From assembly GCA_964611185.1 (NCBI GenBank), contig CAZSXE010000004.1, forward strand, positions 3,600 through 67,599: a stretch of 64,000 bases of DNA. Direction: 5' to 3'. Below are positions 35,172-44,526 of the stretch, in pieces (position 1 is the stretch's first letter; every line of letters begins with the position of its first letter). Source of the stretch: an uncultured Muribaculaceae bacterium. Its GTDB lineage: Bacteria > Bacteroidota > Bacteroidia > Bacteroidales > UBA932. The notes beneath the pieces are model-generated. The model was not told the origin of the DNA, did not search any database, and worked only from the letters and a program-made list of their open reading frames with translations. The position numbers and the translations under genes were made by a program.

Positions 35172-36971
35172 TTAACTTACAATAATATGCCCCTCCGGGT
35201 AGCGATAATAAGGGGTCTTTTTATGATGAATAAACGATGTGATAAATGTGATTATCCCTATTCTGCCGATGAACATTATCACAGTGATGATTACTTTTCC
35301 AATATTTGACAATTCAGGGGTAACATTCATGCTCGATCCCACCGTACCTATGGCAGATACTACTTCAAACAAAAGCCTGTGCACTTGAATACCATCTTCT
35401 GTAAACATCAATAAAATACATCCTGCAAAAATGGTGAGAGTGGTTAGAAAAATGCTTGCAAATGCTCTCTGAACTGAAATTCTTGATATTTCTCTCTTAT
35501 TTGATTCGAGCTTCCCCCTTTCTGTAAGAAGGGCGAGGGAGTTCTTTATCATCAAGTAGAATGAGGTCACCTTTATACCTCCTGCAGTGGATTGAGGCGC
35601 GCCTCCTATCCACATAAGGAGAATTATTACAATAAATGTAAGGGGGCTTAAAGACGATATGTCCTGGCTTGAGAAACCGGCAGTTCGGGGTAGGACGGCA
35701 TTAAAAAATGCTTGAGCTATCTTCTGAGATATGCTCAATCCATTAAGTATTCCGTTCCATTCAAAAATAAGAAAATATGCAGTAGAAAATAGAAGTAGAA
35801 TCGCTGTGACTTTTATGACAATGATAGAATTGAGATCCCACGAGTGCAATGTCTTTGTATAGTGTCTCTTTTTAATCATACAGATAGTGTCTTTTATTCT
35901 TGTGGAGATGATTTTAAACAAATTGGAATATATGGGAAAACCTATCCCGCCGAGAATAATAAGCGCTGATATGATATAGTAGAAATAATTGTTTTGTATG
36001 AGGTCGGGGGTACAAAGCCCTCCCGGCCATATAGAAAATCCGGCGTTGCAAAATGCAGATATTGAGTGGAAAACTGAAAAATATAATAATTCTCCTTTCG
36101 GAATTATTAATTGGTTCCTGAGGGTGAAATAGATAAAAATAGCACCTATGGCTTCAATGGCAAGAGTCGTATAGATCACCCTGTGCAACAACCCTGAGAT
36201 ATTGGAGGAGTTACTTTCCATAATAAAATCCTTGATCATAAGTGTACTCCTGAACGGTATGGCACCCATTATGGAGAGGGCGAAAAAAGATGTAATGGTA
36301 ATAATGCCAAGTCCTCCAATCTGAATTAGAAACAGAACGATTATTTGACCGTATTGTGTAAAAACAACCGGAAAATCTACGGGGCACAGACCTGTAACGC
36401 AAGTGGCTGATGTACTGATGAAAAGGGCATCAATCAAGCTGAGAGAACCCTCTTCGTAGATGCAATTGGGAAAGGAGAGAAGGACTGTCCCGAGCATAAT
36501 AATGATAAAAAACGAAGATGAAAAAACGGCCATCGGGTTTATCAGCTTGGATATCAGTCTTGTTATGAAGTTGGAAATATATATTAGTGAACAGAAAAGG
36601 ACTATTATCGTAATGATGTGTGATATTGTAGTATAAGTAAAGCCAATGTCGATAAAATCGTAACTGTAGTTGATTTCAAGGGTTATAGCAATTAGTAATA
36701 TAAGAAATGAAAAGTATTTTCTGAATTTAAGATTTTCGGCAAGAATAAGGAATTTTATGATAAACAAAATGACTGAGCAGAAGAAAAATACATAAAGGAT
36801 GATTCTGAATAAGAAATAAAAATCTCCCACAGATGATAAAGATTCTCCGAAGCCGAAAATATATGCTCCGAGTATCAGTGCAAGCATGCTGAAGATAAAA
36901 GTAACCACATTTATCGCCCTCTCAACATAGCTTATTATTTTCAAATAAAGGTTACGATGAATACTATCCAT
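35172..36971 (-). CDS. TrkH/KtrB-family potassium uptake membrane subunit (long form)
   Basis: 599 aa, polytopic. Repeated selectivity-filter-like segments (TGLCPVD, NAGFSIW, RTAGFSS, GTVGSS). Confidence 0.85.
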   Translation of the reverse strand: MDSIHRNLYLKIISYVERAINVVTFIFSMLALILGAYIFGFGESLSSVGDFYFLFRIILYVFFFCSVILFIIKFLILAENLKFRKYFSFLILLIAITLEINYSYDFIDIGFTYTTISHIITIIVLFCSLIYISNFITRLISKLINPMAVFSSSFFIIIMLGTVLLSFPNCIYEEGSLSLIDALFISTSATCVTGLCPVDFPVVFTQYGQIIVLFLIQIGGLGIITITSFFALSIMGAIPFRSTLMIKDFIMESNSSNISGLLHRVIYTTLAIEAIGAIFIYFTLRNQLIIPKGELLYFSVFHSISAFCNAGFSIWPGGLCTPDLIQNNYFYYIISALIILGGIGFPIYSNLFKIISTRIKDTICMIKKRHYTKTLHSWDLNSIIVIKVTAILLLFSTAYFLIFEWNGILNGLSISQKIAQAFFNAVLPRTAGFSSQDISSLSPLTFIVIILLMWIGGAPQSTAGGIKVTSFYLMIKNSLALLTERGKLESNKREISRISVQRAFASIFLTTLTIFAGCILLMFTEDGIQVHRLLFEVVSAIGTVGSSMNVTPELSNIGKVIITVIMFIGRIGIITFITSFIHHKKTPYYRYPEGHIIVS

Positions 36972-37004
36972 AAAACAAAAATAAGAAAAAAGACAAATAT
37001 ATTT

Positions 37005-37012
37005 TAAATTTG
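37005..37012 (+). promoter_or_regulatory. -7 box (TAAATTTG) upstream of mnmA
   Basis: Matches TAnnTTTG, 18 nt upstream of ATG 37030. Confidence 0.4.
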
Positions 37013-37029
37013 CAGATTAATATTTATTT

Positions 37030-38427
37030 ATGAGTAAGTCTGATATTAAAATAGCAGTGGGTCTCTCGGGAGGAGTAGATTCTTCTGTGGCGGCGTTGCT
37101 TCTTAAAAAGGCCGGGTACGATGTTTTTGCTATTTTTATGCAAAATTGGCACGATACGAAAGGGACTCTTCACGGGGAATGTGAGTGGGAAGAGGAGATG
37201 AATGTGGCGAAGATGGTGGCTAAAAAAATCGATATTCCATTTTATTTTGTCGATTTGTCTGATGTTTATAGGAAGAAAGTTGTGGACTATATGTTCAGTG
37301 AATATGAGATGGGGCGCACTCCCAATCCCGATGTTTTGTGTAACAGAGAGATAAAATTCGATGCTTTTTTAAAGTGCGCTCAGGAGTATGGGGCTGATTT
37401 TGTCGCGACAGGGCACTATTGCCGTAAGGATATTATTTCAAGTAAAAATGGTGAGCAGATTGATACTATGGACGGAGGTGTCCCTTCTTTAGCCGCCGAA
37501 GATATTTCTAAGGTGTCCTCATCAGATTATATTTATAGAATATTTGAGGGGAGCGATCCGAATAAAGATCAGTCGTATTTTTTGTGCCAATTAACGCAGA
37601 GACAGCTTTCCAAGGCACTATTTCCGATAGGTGACATTGTTAAATCCGAAGTGAGAAGAATCGCCGCCGAGGCGCAATTACCAAGTGCCCAGAAAAAAGA
37701 TTCGCAGGGTATTTGTTTTGTGGGGAAAGTCGATTTACCTCTTTTTCTTCAGCAGAAAATGGCTTCAAAGCAGGGGCAAGTGATCGAAATTCCTTCCGAT
37801 TTTTATGATACCTTGAAAGAATATCCAGGTTATGGAACATATAACTCGATTAATGGGGTAAAATTGCACGGAGTGCGGCCTGAGGCCAATGGTATTCCCA
37901 CCTCCGAAGTCACATTTGAAACTGGTTTGAGTCAGCTGAAGAAGCTCTCTAATATTGCTCTTGAAGAGCAATTGCACTCTCTTACGCGGGTGTTCCATTA
38001 TTCTCCCTCAGACGGTAAGATGGTGGGGACTCATTTCGGAGCACAGTTTTTTACAATCGGGCAGAGGAAGGGGTTGAATATAGGGGGGCACAAGGAGTCA
38101 ATATTTGTAATCTCCACAGATATTCAGAATAATATCATCTATGTGGGGGAGGGGCATCATCATCCAGGGCTTTTGAGGAAAGCATTGAAAATAGATATGA
38201 AGGAGATTCACTGGATTCGGGAAGATCTCAAGATGGAAAAAGGGGATATAAGAGATTCTCTTGTGAGGATACGATACCGTCAGCCACTTCAAAAAGGAGT
38301 TTTATTTATGATGGAAGATGCCCTTTATGTGGTTTTCCATGAGCATCAAAGAGGGATTTCAGCGGGGCAATTCGCTGCTTTTTACGACGATGCTATGGAG
38401 ATGATCGGTAGTGGTGTAATTGGCTGA
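37030..38427 (+). CDS. mnmA: tRNA 2-thiouridine(34) synthase MnmA, with two internal insertions
   Basis: 465 aa. PP-loop GLSGGVDSSVAA, RTPNPDVLCNREIKF, NKDQSYFL, GICF, GQRKGL. About 100 aa longer than E. coli MnmA as recalled. Confidence 0.9.
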   Translation: MSKSDIKIAVGLSGGVDSSVAALLLKKAGYDVFAIFMQNWHDTKGTLHGECEWEEEMNVAKMVAKKIDIPFYFVDLSDVYRKKVVDYMFSEYEMGRTPNPDVLCNREIKFDAFLKCAQEYGADFVATGHYCRKDIISSKNGEQIDTMDGGVPSLAAEDISKVSSSDYIYRIFEGSDPNKDQSYFLCQLTQRQLSKALFPIGDIVKSEVRRIAAEAQLPSAQKKDSQGICFVGKVDLPLFLQQKMASKQGQVIEIPSDFYDTLKEYPGYGTYNSINGVKLHGVRPEANGIPTSEVTFETGLSQLKKLSNIALEEQLHSLTRVFHYSPSDGKMVGTHFGAQFFTIGQRKGLNIGGHKESIFVISTDIQNNIIYVGEGHHHPGLLRKALKIDMKEIHWIREDLKMEKGDIRDSLVRIRYRQPLQKGVLFMMEDALYVVFHEHQRGISAGQFAAFYDDAMEMIGSGVIG

Positions 38428-38434
38428 TTGTCTA

Positions 38435-40690
38435 TTACATATACCACGAACAGGCAGAGTATTCTCCCACCATCCATACCAAATCTCCCTCTTTAAATGT
38501 GAATGTAGGCTGAGGATTCATTATCGATTCTCCATCTCTTTCTACCCCTATTATCATACATCCTGATTCTCTTGTACCGGCTTTAATCAGGTTTTTACCT
38601 GTCAAATATGAAGTGGATGTGAGGATAAAAGATTCCACAGAGACTTTTGATGTATTTTCATCTGGTTTTGCAGATGCATCTGCTTCCATAACCTCCATAA
38701 ACTTGTTAATCTGGCTTTTGGTGCCTATGCACAACACGCTATCGTAAGGGAATACCGATTCTTCGGCAGATGGAATATTGATAATTTTACTCCCTCGAAC
38801 TATCTTTACGATATTCACGCCGTATTCGCTTCTGAAAGGTATATCGCGAAGTTTGAGCCCTATGTACTTTGAATTTGGAGAAACCGTGATATTTTCGAGC
38901 CGTATATCGTGCCCTATTAGTTTTGTCTTTACTGAAGTAGTAATCGGAAGTCGCTGCTTCTCAAGCTCTTCCTTTTCATTTAAGTTAAGATTAAACCTTT
39001 TTTCAAGAAATTCAAATTTTGAAAAATTCTTACGTGCTATTAAAAGAAATGCTCCTGCGGCAATAGCTATCGCAATGATTACCCACCAAGATATTTCGAA
39101 GTACTGGAAGAAAACAGATATCAGGAACAAAACAGCAATTATTACCCTAAGGAGGATAAGTGCTACTAAGATACCTCTGTTGGCTCTTTTGCCGGACCAT
39201 AATTTTTGGTACTCTTGAGAAAAATCACCTCTATTTACAGCAAGTCCATAGAGGAAAGGGGACATGACCGCAACAGTGATGGTAAGGCATATCCATTTTA
39301 TAAAAGTCTCGTTAATTGAAAGTTCAGATAGGACTTTATCGCTTAGAAATGGATAGAGATATTTGTAGCAGGAAAATGTTATGGCAAAGAGTAGTACTGA
39401 ATAAATGATAACCCTCATGGAATATTTCCGTATCAGTCTTTTCCAATCGCTTTCATAAGCAGTGCCCGTGGAGGCTTTAGCATTGGCATCTATGCGAGCT
39501 AAAAATTTCTTGGGAAGATGCTTGTACAGGAATAAACAGACAGGGTCAGCAAGTCTGATAAAGTAGGGGGTAGTAAATGTGGTGATTACTGAGACAGCGA
39601 CCACTATAGGATAGATAAATGAACGCATAACCCCCAGGGATACTCCGAGACCTGCAATAATAAAAGCAAATTCTCCAATTTGGGGCATACTGAATCCGCA
39701 ACGGATGGCCACTGAGAGAGGCTGACCCGAGATGAGAACACCTGATGTGGCAAATAATGTGATACCTATAATAACAACAGAGATAATGATTAATATGGGT
39801 TTCCAGTATTGCACAATAACGGCAGGATCGACCATCATACCGACAGATACGAAAAATATGGCACCGAAGAGAGTTTTAATACTTGTAACTGCTTTTTCAA
39901 TTCTCTCACTCTCAATGGTTTCTGCCAAAATGGAACCCATAACAAAAGCTCCGAGAGCGGATGAAAATCCGACATAACTTGCAAATGCTACCATTCCGAA
40001 ACACAGTCCGGTTGACAAAATTAGAATAACCTCGTCATTTAGGATCTTATGGGCTTTTCTAAGAAACGAAGGTATCACATAAATACCGATAAGGAACCAT
40101 AAAATCAGAAAAAATACAAGTTTTAAAAGCCCCATAATCATCTCTTTTCCAGCGAATTGCTGACTTACTGCGAAAGTGGAAAGAAGTACCATAAGGAGGA
40201 TGGCTAGCAAATCTTCAACCACAAGAGTTCCAAAAACAATCCCTGTGAATGATTTACTTTTTAATCCGAGGTCGTCGAATGCTTTGATAATGATGGTGGT
40301 TGAAGACATTGATAACATACCTCCGAGAAATATGCTCTCCATATTGGACCAGTTTAGAGATTTTCCCACTAACATCCCCATGCAGAACATTCCGATAAAA
40401 ATGGTAATGGCAGTGATAAGAGCCGTACTGCCTACTTTCATCAGCTTTTTAAAACTGAATTCGAGACCGAGGGCAAATAATAGAAAAATAATACCTATTT
40501 CGGACCATTGACCCACAGCTTCGACACTTGTGATATTGGGAAACAGACCGAAATGTGGCCCTATTAAAAATCCTACAACAATGTAACCTAAAATAAGAGG
40601 CTGTTTCAGCCATTTAAAAATCAAGGTAATAATGCCTGCCGAAATGAAAATCAGCGCCAAATCGGCTACAAGATGGATGTCGTTGTTCAT
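38435..40690 (-). CDS. CPA2-family cation:proton antiporter with C-terminal RCK_C (TrkA-C) domains
   Basis: 751 aa. N-terminal Na_H exchanger-like core of about 12 TMs, extra TMs, then two TrkA-C-like soluble repeats. Confidence 0.85.
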   Translation of the reverse strand: MNNDIHLVADLALIFISAGIITLIFKWLKQPLILGYIVVGFLIGPHFGLFPNITSVEAVGQWSEIGIIFLLFALGLEFSFKKLMKVGSTALITAITIFIGMFCMGMLVGKSLNWSNMESIFLGGMLSMSSTTIIIKAFDDLGLKSKSFTGIVFGTLVVEDLLAILLMVLLSTFAVSQQFAGKEMIMGLLKLVFFLILWFLIGIYVIPSFLRKAHKILNDEVILILSTGLCFGMVAFASYVGFSSALGAFVMGSILAETIESERIEKAVTSIKTLFGAIFFVSVGMMVDPAVIVQYWKPILIIISVVIIGITLFATSGVLISGQPLSVAIRCGFSMPQIGEFAFIIAGLGVSLGVMRSFIYPIVVAVSVITTFTTPYFIRLADPVCLFLYKHLPKKFLARIDANAKASTGTAYESDWKRLIRKYSMRVIIYSVLLFAITFSCYKYLYPFLSDKVLSELSINETFIKWICLTITVAVMSPFLYGLAVNRGDFSQEYQKLWSGKRANRGILVALILLRVIIAVLFLISVFFQYFEISWWVIIAIAIAAGAFLLIARKNFSKFEFLEKRFNLNLNEKEELEKQRLPITTSVKTKLIGHDIRLENITVSPNSKYIGLKLRDIPFRSEYGVNIVKIVRGSKIINIPSAEESVFPYDSVLCIGTKSQINKFMEVMEADASAKPDENTSKVSVESFILTSTSYLTGKNLIKAGTRESGCMIIGVERDGESIMNPQPTFTFKEGDLVWMVGEYSACSWYM

Positions 40691-41349
40691 GATAAGTATT
40701 TTAGAATATCTAAAGGCTCTTCAGCCAAATAGTCCGGTTTGAATTTTTTAAGTTCTTCAATTGGGCGAAAGCCCCATGTTACGGCACATACCGCTATTGA
40801 CGCATTTCGAGCGGTGAGAATGTCGGTAGAGGAATCTCCTATTAGCATAACTTCTTCTTTTTTAATCGTGCCATCAGAAATAATTTCATCCATGATATTA
40901 TAAATAATTTCAGGCTCGGGCTTTCTTGCAGTTCCTTCTCTATGTCCCATAACTGAAGCAAATGAAATATCAGGGAAAAGTGATGAAATTATTAATGAAG
41001 TGGCTTTTTGGTACTTATTGGAAGCGACAGAAAGTATGATATTTCTTTTAACCAATTCTTCCAAGAGTTCATATATACCAGGGTAGGGAACTGAAGTGTC
41101 TTTACAGTGTAGGTCGTAATGGTTTGTAAAATGTGAGAGAGTTTTTTGTATGATATCGGAGGAGCGAGCATTATCAGGGAGGGACCTCTCTACGAGCTTC
41201 GCAATACCGTTGCCTACAAAACTTTTAATTTCAGCAATGTCTCTACGAGGATAGCCCATTTTTTCAAGGGCAAAGTTTACACTCCTCATCAAATCTGTTA
41301 TGGTATCAACAAGAGTACCGTCAAGATCAAAAATAATATATTTTATCAT
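40687..41349 (-). CDS. HAD-superfamily hydrolase (phosphoglycolate phosphatase-like)
   Basis: 220 aa. FDLDGTLVDT, SNK and GDSSTD motifs. Overlaps the antiporter gene by 4 nt. Confidence 0.8.
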   Translation of the reverse strand: MIKYIIFDLDGTLVDTITDLMRSVNFALEKMGYPRRDIAEIKSFVGNGIAKLVERSLPDNARSSDIIQKTLSHFTNHYDLHCKDTSVPYPGIYELLEELVKRNIILSVASNKYQKATSLIISSLFPDISFASVMGHREGTARKPEPEIIYNIMDEIISDGTIKKEEVMLIGDSSTDILTARNASIAVCAVTWGFRPIEELKKFKPDYLAEEPLDILKYLS

Positions 41350-41358
41350 TGTAATCCT

Positions 41359-42477
41359 CTATTTTAAAAGGCTTTTAGGCTTTAGAATATGAGACCATGA
41401 GGAGTGAATAAATGTAGAATAAAAGTTCTCCGGATATACAAGGTCGTGTTTCCAACGACTTGCAAAAAAACGGCGCGTGCGAAATATGACGGATACAAAA
41501 ATATTTCGTTGGTTTTTCTTCCCATAGATAGAAAATGATGGGTATATAATTTCATTCAATACCTTTTCAGCAATAGATGGTTCGGATAATTTTCCTGAAG
41601 TAAATTTAACTGAAAGGCCGAGTTTATTAACTAAAATAGTATTTATAATGGAGGCAAAGTATGAAAGGTGGTGCTTAAGCAGCAGAGCGTTGACAATATT
41701 AAAATCTATGTTTTCGTGTTCATTTTTAAGAAATAATCCATAATCTAAAATATGTCGCATACCTATCTCGGCAGCGGCGAAATGGGAGGCCAGATGTCTT
41801 ATGAGAAAGATGGCGTTAAAATTGGCGGGAGCCTTAAGTACGGAGAAAGCATTGCCGTCCTCTTTTTTTAGCTCGATGCTCGAAGTGGGTTCGAGAGCGA
41901 GTCTTTTGAGGTCTTTTTCGAGTTCTACTGATGATTTATGGGAGTGTATTTCGATAAAATCGAAATGGTTTTCAAGTAGAACTCCTCTGTAGGTGTAAAC
42001 ATTGTGATGGTGGTGGGAGGTGTCGGTGCTGATATTAAATACTGTGCTTATTACTCTATCGGCCTCTTTGGATGCCAATTTACCCGATTTAATGACATAA
42101 AAGTCGATATCACTGAAGTATCTGTGGGAGGGAATAGGGTAATATGATGCAGTGGAGACTCCCTTTAACAATACGAAGTCAATCCCTTGATAACTCATTG
42201 AAGATGAAAGCTCTGAGATAATTGAACATTTTTTTATATAGGATTGTTCTGCTTTTTCAGTTTCAAGTGCCCACGCTATTTTTAACATTTTTGATGGAGA
42301 GTTTGCAGCGGGGAGTAAAGAAATTGCATCCTCTATAACAGCTGCGACACCGTGAGGGGAGGATAATCGAAATATTTCTCTCCACTCTTCGTCGGTGGTG
42401 TCACAAAGGGGAGTTAAATCCATTTTATCGTCAGATAGTAATGGAGATAATAATGATAAAAAAGTATTGATTATCAT
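41359..42477 (-). CDS. uncharacterised nucleotidyltransferase-family protein
   Basis: 372 aa. GVS...x...SDIDFYV motif, as in the minimal nucleotidyltransferase fold (NTP_transf_5-like by recall). Confidence 0.55.
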   Translation of the reverse strand: MIINTFLSLLSPLLSDDKMDLTPLCDTTDEEWREIFRLSSPHGVAAVIEDAISLLPAANSPSKMLKIAWALETEKAEQSYIKKCSIISELSSSMSYQGIDFVLLKGVSTASYYPIPSHRYFSDIDFYVIKSGKLASKEADRVISTVFNISTDTSHHHHNVYTYRGVLLENHFDFIEIHSHKSSVELEKDLKRLALEPTSSIELKKEDGNAFSVLKAPANFNAIFLIRHLASHFAAAEIGMRHILDYGLFLKNEHENIDFNIVNALLLKHHLSYFASIINTILVNKLGLSVKFTSGKLSEPSIAEKVLNEIIYPSFSIYGKKNQRNIFVSVIFRTRRFFASRWKHDLVYPENFYSTFIHSSWSHILKPKSLLK

Positions 42478-42537
42478 ATTGAGATGTTAATGATATGCAA
42501 AAGTAGTAATTTGTAATTGTTTTTTTGGAAAAAATAG

Positions 42538-42545
42538 TAACTTTG
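42538..42545 (+). promoter_or_regulatory. -7 box (TAACTTTG) upstream of the polysaccharide locus
   Basis: Matches TAnnTTTG, 46 nt upstream of ATG 42591. Confidence 0.45.
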
Positions 42546-42590
42546 CAACCTTAACCTTTAGAAATTATTGAATTTTAGATTATTACAGAT

Positions 42591-44525
42591 ATGTTTAAAA
42601 AACTTTCTGACTATATATCAAGACATTATGTAAGCAGGTACTGGATTTTATTCATAGATGTGATAATTTCCACTCTTGCTACAGTCGTCATCTATTGGGT
42701 GGTAAATTATTTTACCCACAATATAACATCTTCCGCCTCTTATTTTCAAATGGCCGGAGCATCAGCAATAATCTCTTTGCTGATGTTTGTCATTTTTAAA
42801 ACGCATCTCGGAATAATTCGCCATACTACCCTTAAAGAAGTTTGGAGGGTGGTGGCTGCTTCTATGATAAAAGTTGGAATCCTTTTTTTAGTCGCTTTAT
42901 ATACCGGATTTGGAAAGATTTTTGTTTCAAGCACCCTTAATCTCCTTTTCTGCGAGTGTGCTGATGTTATAGCGACTATTTTCGGGCTACTTATGTTCAG
43001 GATTCTTATGTCGGGTTTTTATGCTTTTCTTCTATCGAAAAATTCGGGGAAAGATGTAAGGAGAATTTTGATTTATGGCGATGGTGATGATTCTGTTTCT
43101 GTCCTCGGAGCCATAGAAAGATACTCTGATGTAAAATACAAGTGTGTCGGTTTCATTCTCTTAGGTAATAAACATTCAAACAAAAAGATGCTTTGTGGCT
43201 ATACAGTACATGAAATTCAAAACGAACGCGCTTTTCAAAAGTTAGTTCTCTCCATGGATGTAAAGTCAGTAATATTTCCTAATCACAAGGCAGCGAGAGA
43301 TGAGAAAGAGAGACTTGTCGAGTATTGTACCAGAAGAAGGATAGAGATACTCATTCAGCCGAGTTTGAGTATGGTGGACGACGGAGAGTCTATTCTTCCC
43401 CCCATCAGAAAAGTGAAAATTGAAGATTTGCTCGGTAGGGAGGAGGTTTCCATAAATATGTCTGAAATTAACCTCTTTTTAACAGATAAAGTGGTTCTCG
43501 TCACAGGTGCAGCCGGCTCAATAGGCGGCGAATTATGTCGTCTGCTACTGACTATACCTATTCAGAAGCTGATTTTAGTTGACACAGCTGAAACTCCGAT
43601 GAATGATATGATGCTGGAACTAAGGGAGATTTCTCCCAATGTAGAGAAGAAGTTTATCATAGGGGATGTTCGTCAAAAAGCAAAAATAGATTATATCTTT
43701 TCGAGATATAGTCCCAATGTAGTTTTCCATGCTGCCGCTTACAAGCATGTTCCGATGATGGAGGCCAATCCGTGCGAAGCGGTTAATGTTAATGTTTTCG
43801 GCACCAAGAATGTAGCAGACTTATCAGTGAAGTACGGTGTAGAGAAATTTGTGATGATTTCTACAGATAAGGCGGTTAATCCCGCCAATGTCATGGGTGC
43901 TTCTAAGAGAATTGCTGAAATTTACATTCAAAGTCTTGGTCGCGCCATTGCTGCCGGGAATATAGAAGGTATTACCAAGTTTGTCACCACTCGTTTCGGA
44001 AATGTACTCGGTTCCAATGGTTCCGTAATACCTCTGTTTAAGCAGCAAATAGATCATGGTGGTCCTGTTACTGTCACTGATCCTCGCATAATAAGATACT
44101 TTATGACCATTCCCGAGGCTTGCAGACTTGTTCTTGAAGCAGCTACTATGGGAAAAGGGGATGAAATATTTGTTTTTGATATGGGTGAGCCTGTCAAGAT
44201 AGTGGATTTGGCCAAAAATATGATAAGGCTTGCCGGTTTGGAACTTGATAAAGATATTGAATTGAAATTTGTGGGGCTGAGACCGGGTGAAAAACTATAT
44301 GAAGAGTTGTTAAATAATGAAGAGAATACCATACCCACTGTTCATAAAAAGATCTTTCTTGCGAAAGTCAGAAGTTATGTTTATGCCAATGTGGTAAAAA
44401 GTCTTGATACTCTTAAAATTCACTCTGATTCTATGTCAAAAGAGGAGACGGTATCTTGTATGAAAAAAATAGTACCCGAATTTAAGAGTTGTAACTCTCG
44501 TTATGGAAAACTTGATAAAATATAA
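42591..44525 (+). CDS. membrane-anchored NDP-sugar 4,6-dehydratase/epimerase (CapD/WbpM/PglF family), copy 1
   Basis: 644 aa. 4-5 N-terminal TMs, Rossmann VLVTGAAGSIGGEL, catalytic AAAYKHVP and ISTDKAVNP. Confidence 0.9.
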   Translation: MFKKLSDYISRHYVSRYWILFIDVIISTLATVVIYWVVNYFTHNITSSASYFQMAGASAIISLLMFVIFKTHLGIIRHTTLKEVWRVVAASMIKVGILFLVALYTGFGKIFVSSTLNLLFCECADVIATIFGLLMFRILMSGFYAFLLSKNSGKDVRRILIYGDGDDSVSVLGAIERYSDVKYKCVGFILLGNKHSNKKMLCGYTVHEIQNERAFQKLVLSMDVKSVIFPNHKAARDEKERLVEYCTRRRIEILIQPSLSMVDDGESILPPIRKVKIEDLLGREEVSINMSEINLFLTDKVVLVTGAAGSIGGELCRLLLTIPIQKLILVDTAETPMNDMMLELREISPNVEKKFIIGDVRQKAKIDYIFSRYSPNVVFHAAAYKHVPMMEANPCEAVNVNVFGTKNVADLSVKYGVEKFVMISTDKAVNPANVMGASKRIAEIYIQSLGRAIAAGNIEGITKFVTTRFGNVLGSNGSVIPLFKQQIDHGGPVTVTDPRIIRYFMTIPEACRLVLEAATMGKGDEIFVFDMGEPVKIVDLAKNMIRLAGLELDKDIELKFVGLRPGEKLYEELLNNEENTIPTVHKKIFLAKVRSYVYANVVKSLDTLKIHSDSMSKEETVSCMKKIVPEFKSCNSRYGKLDKI

Positions 44526-44526
44526 A

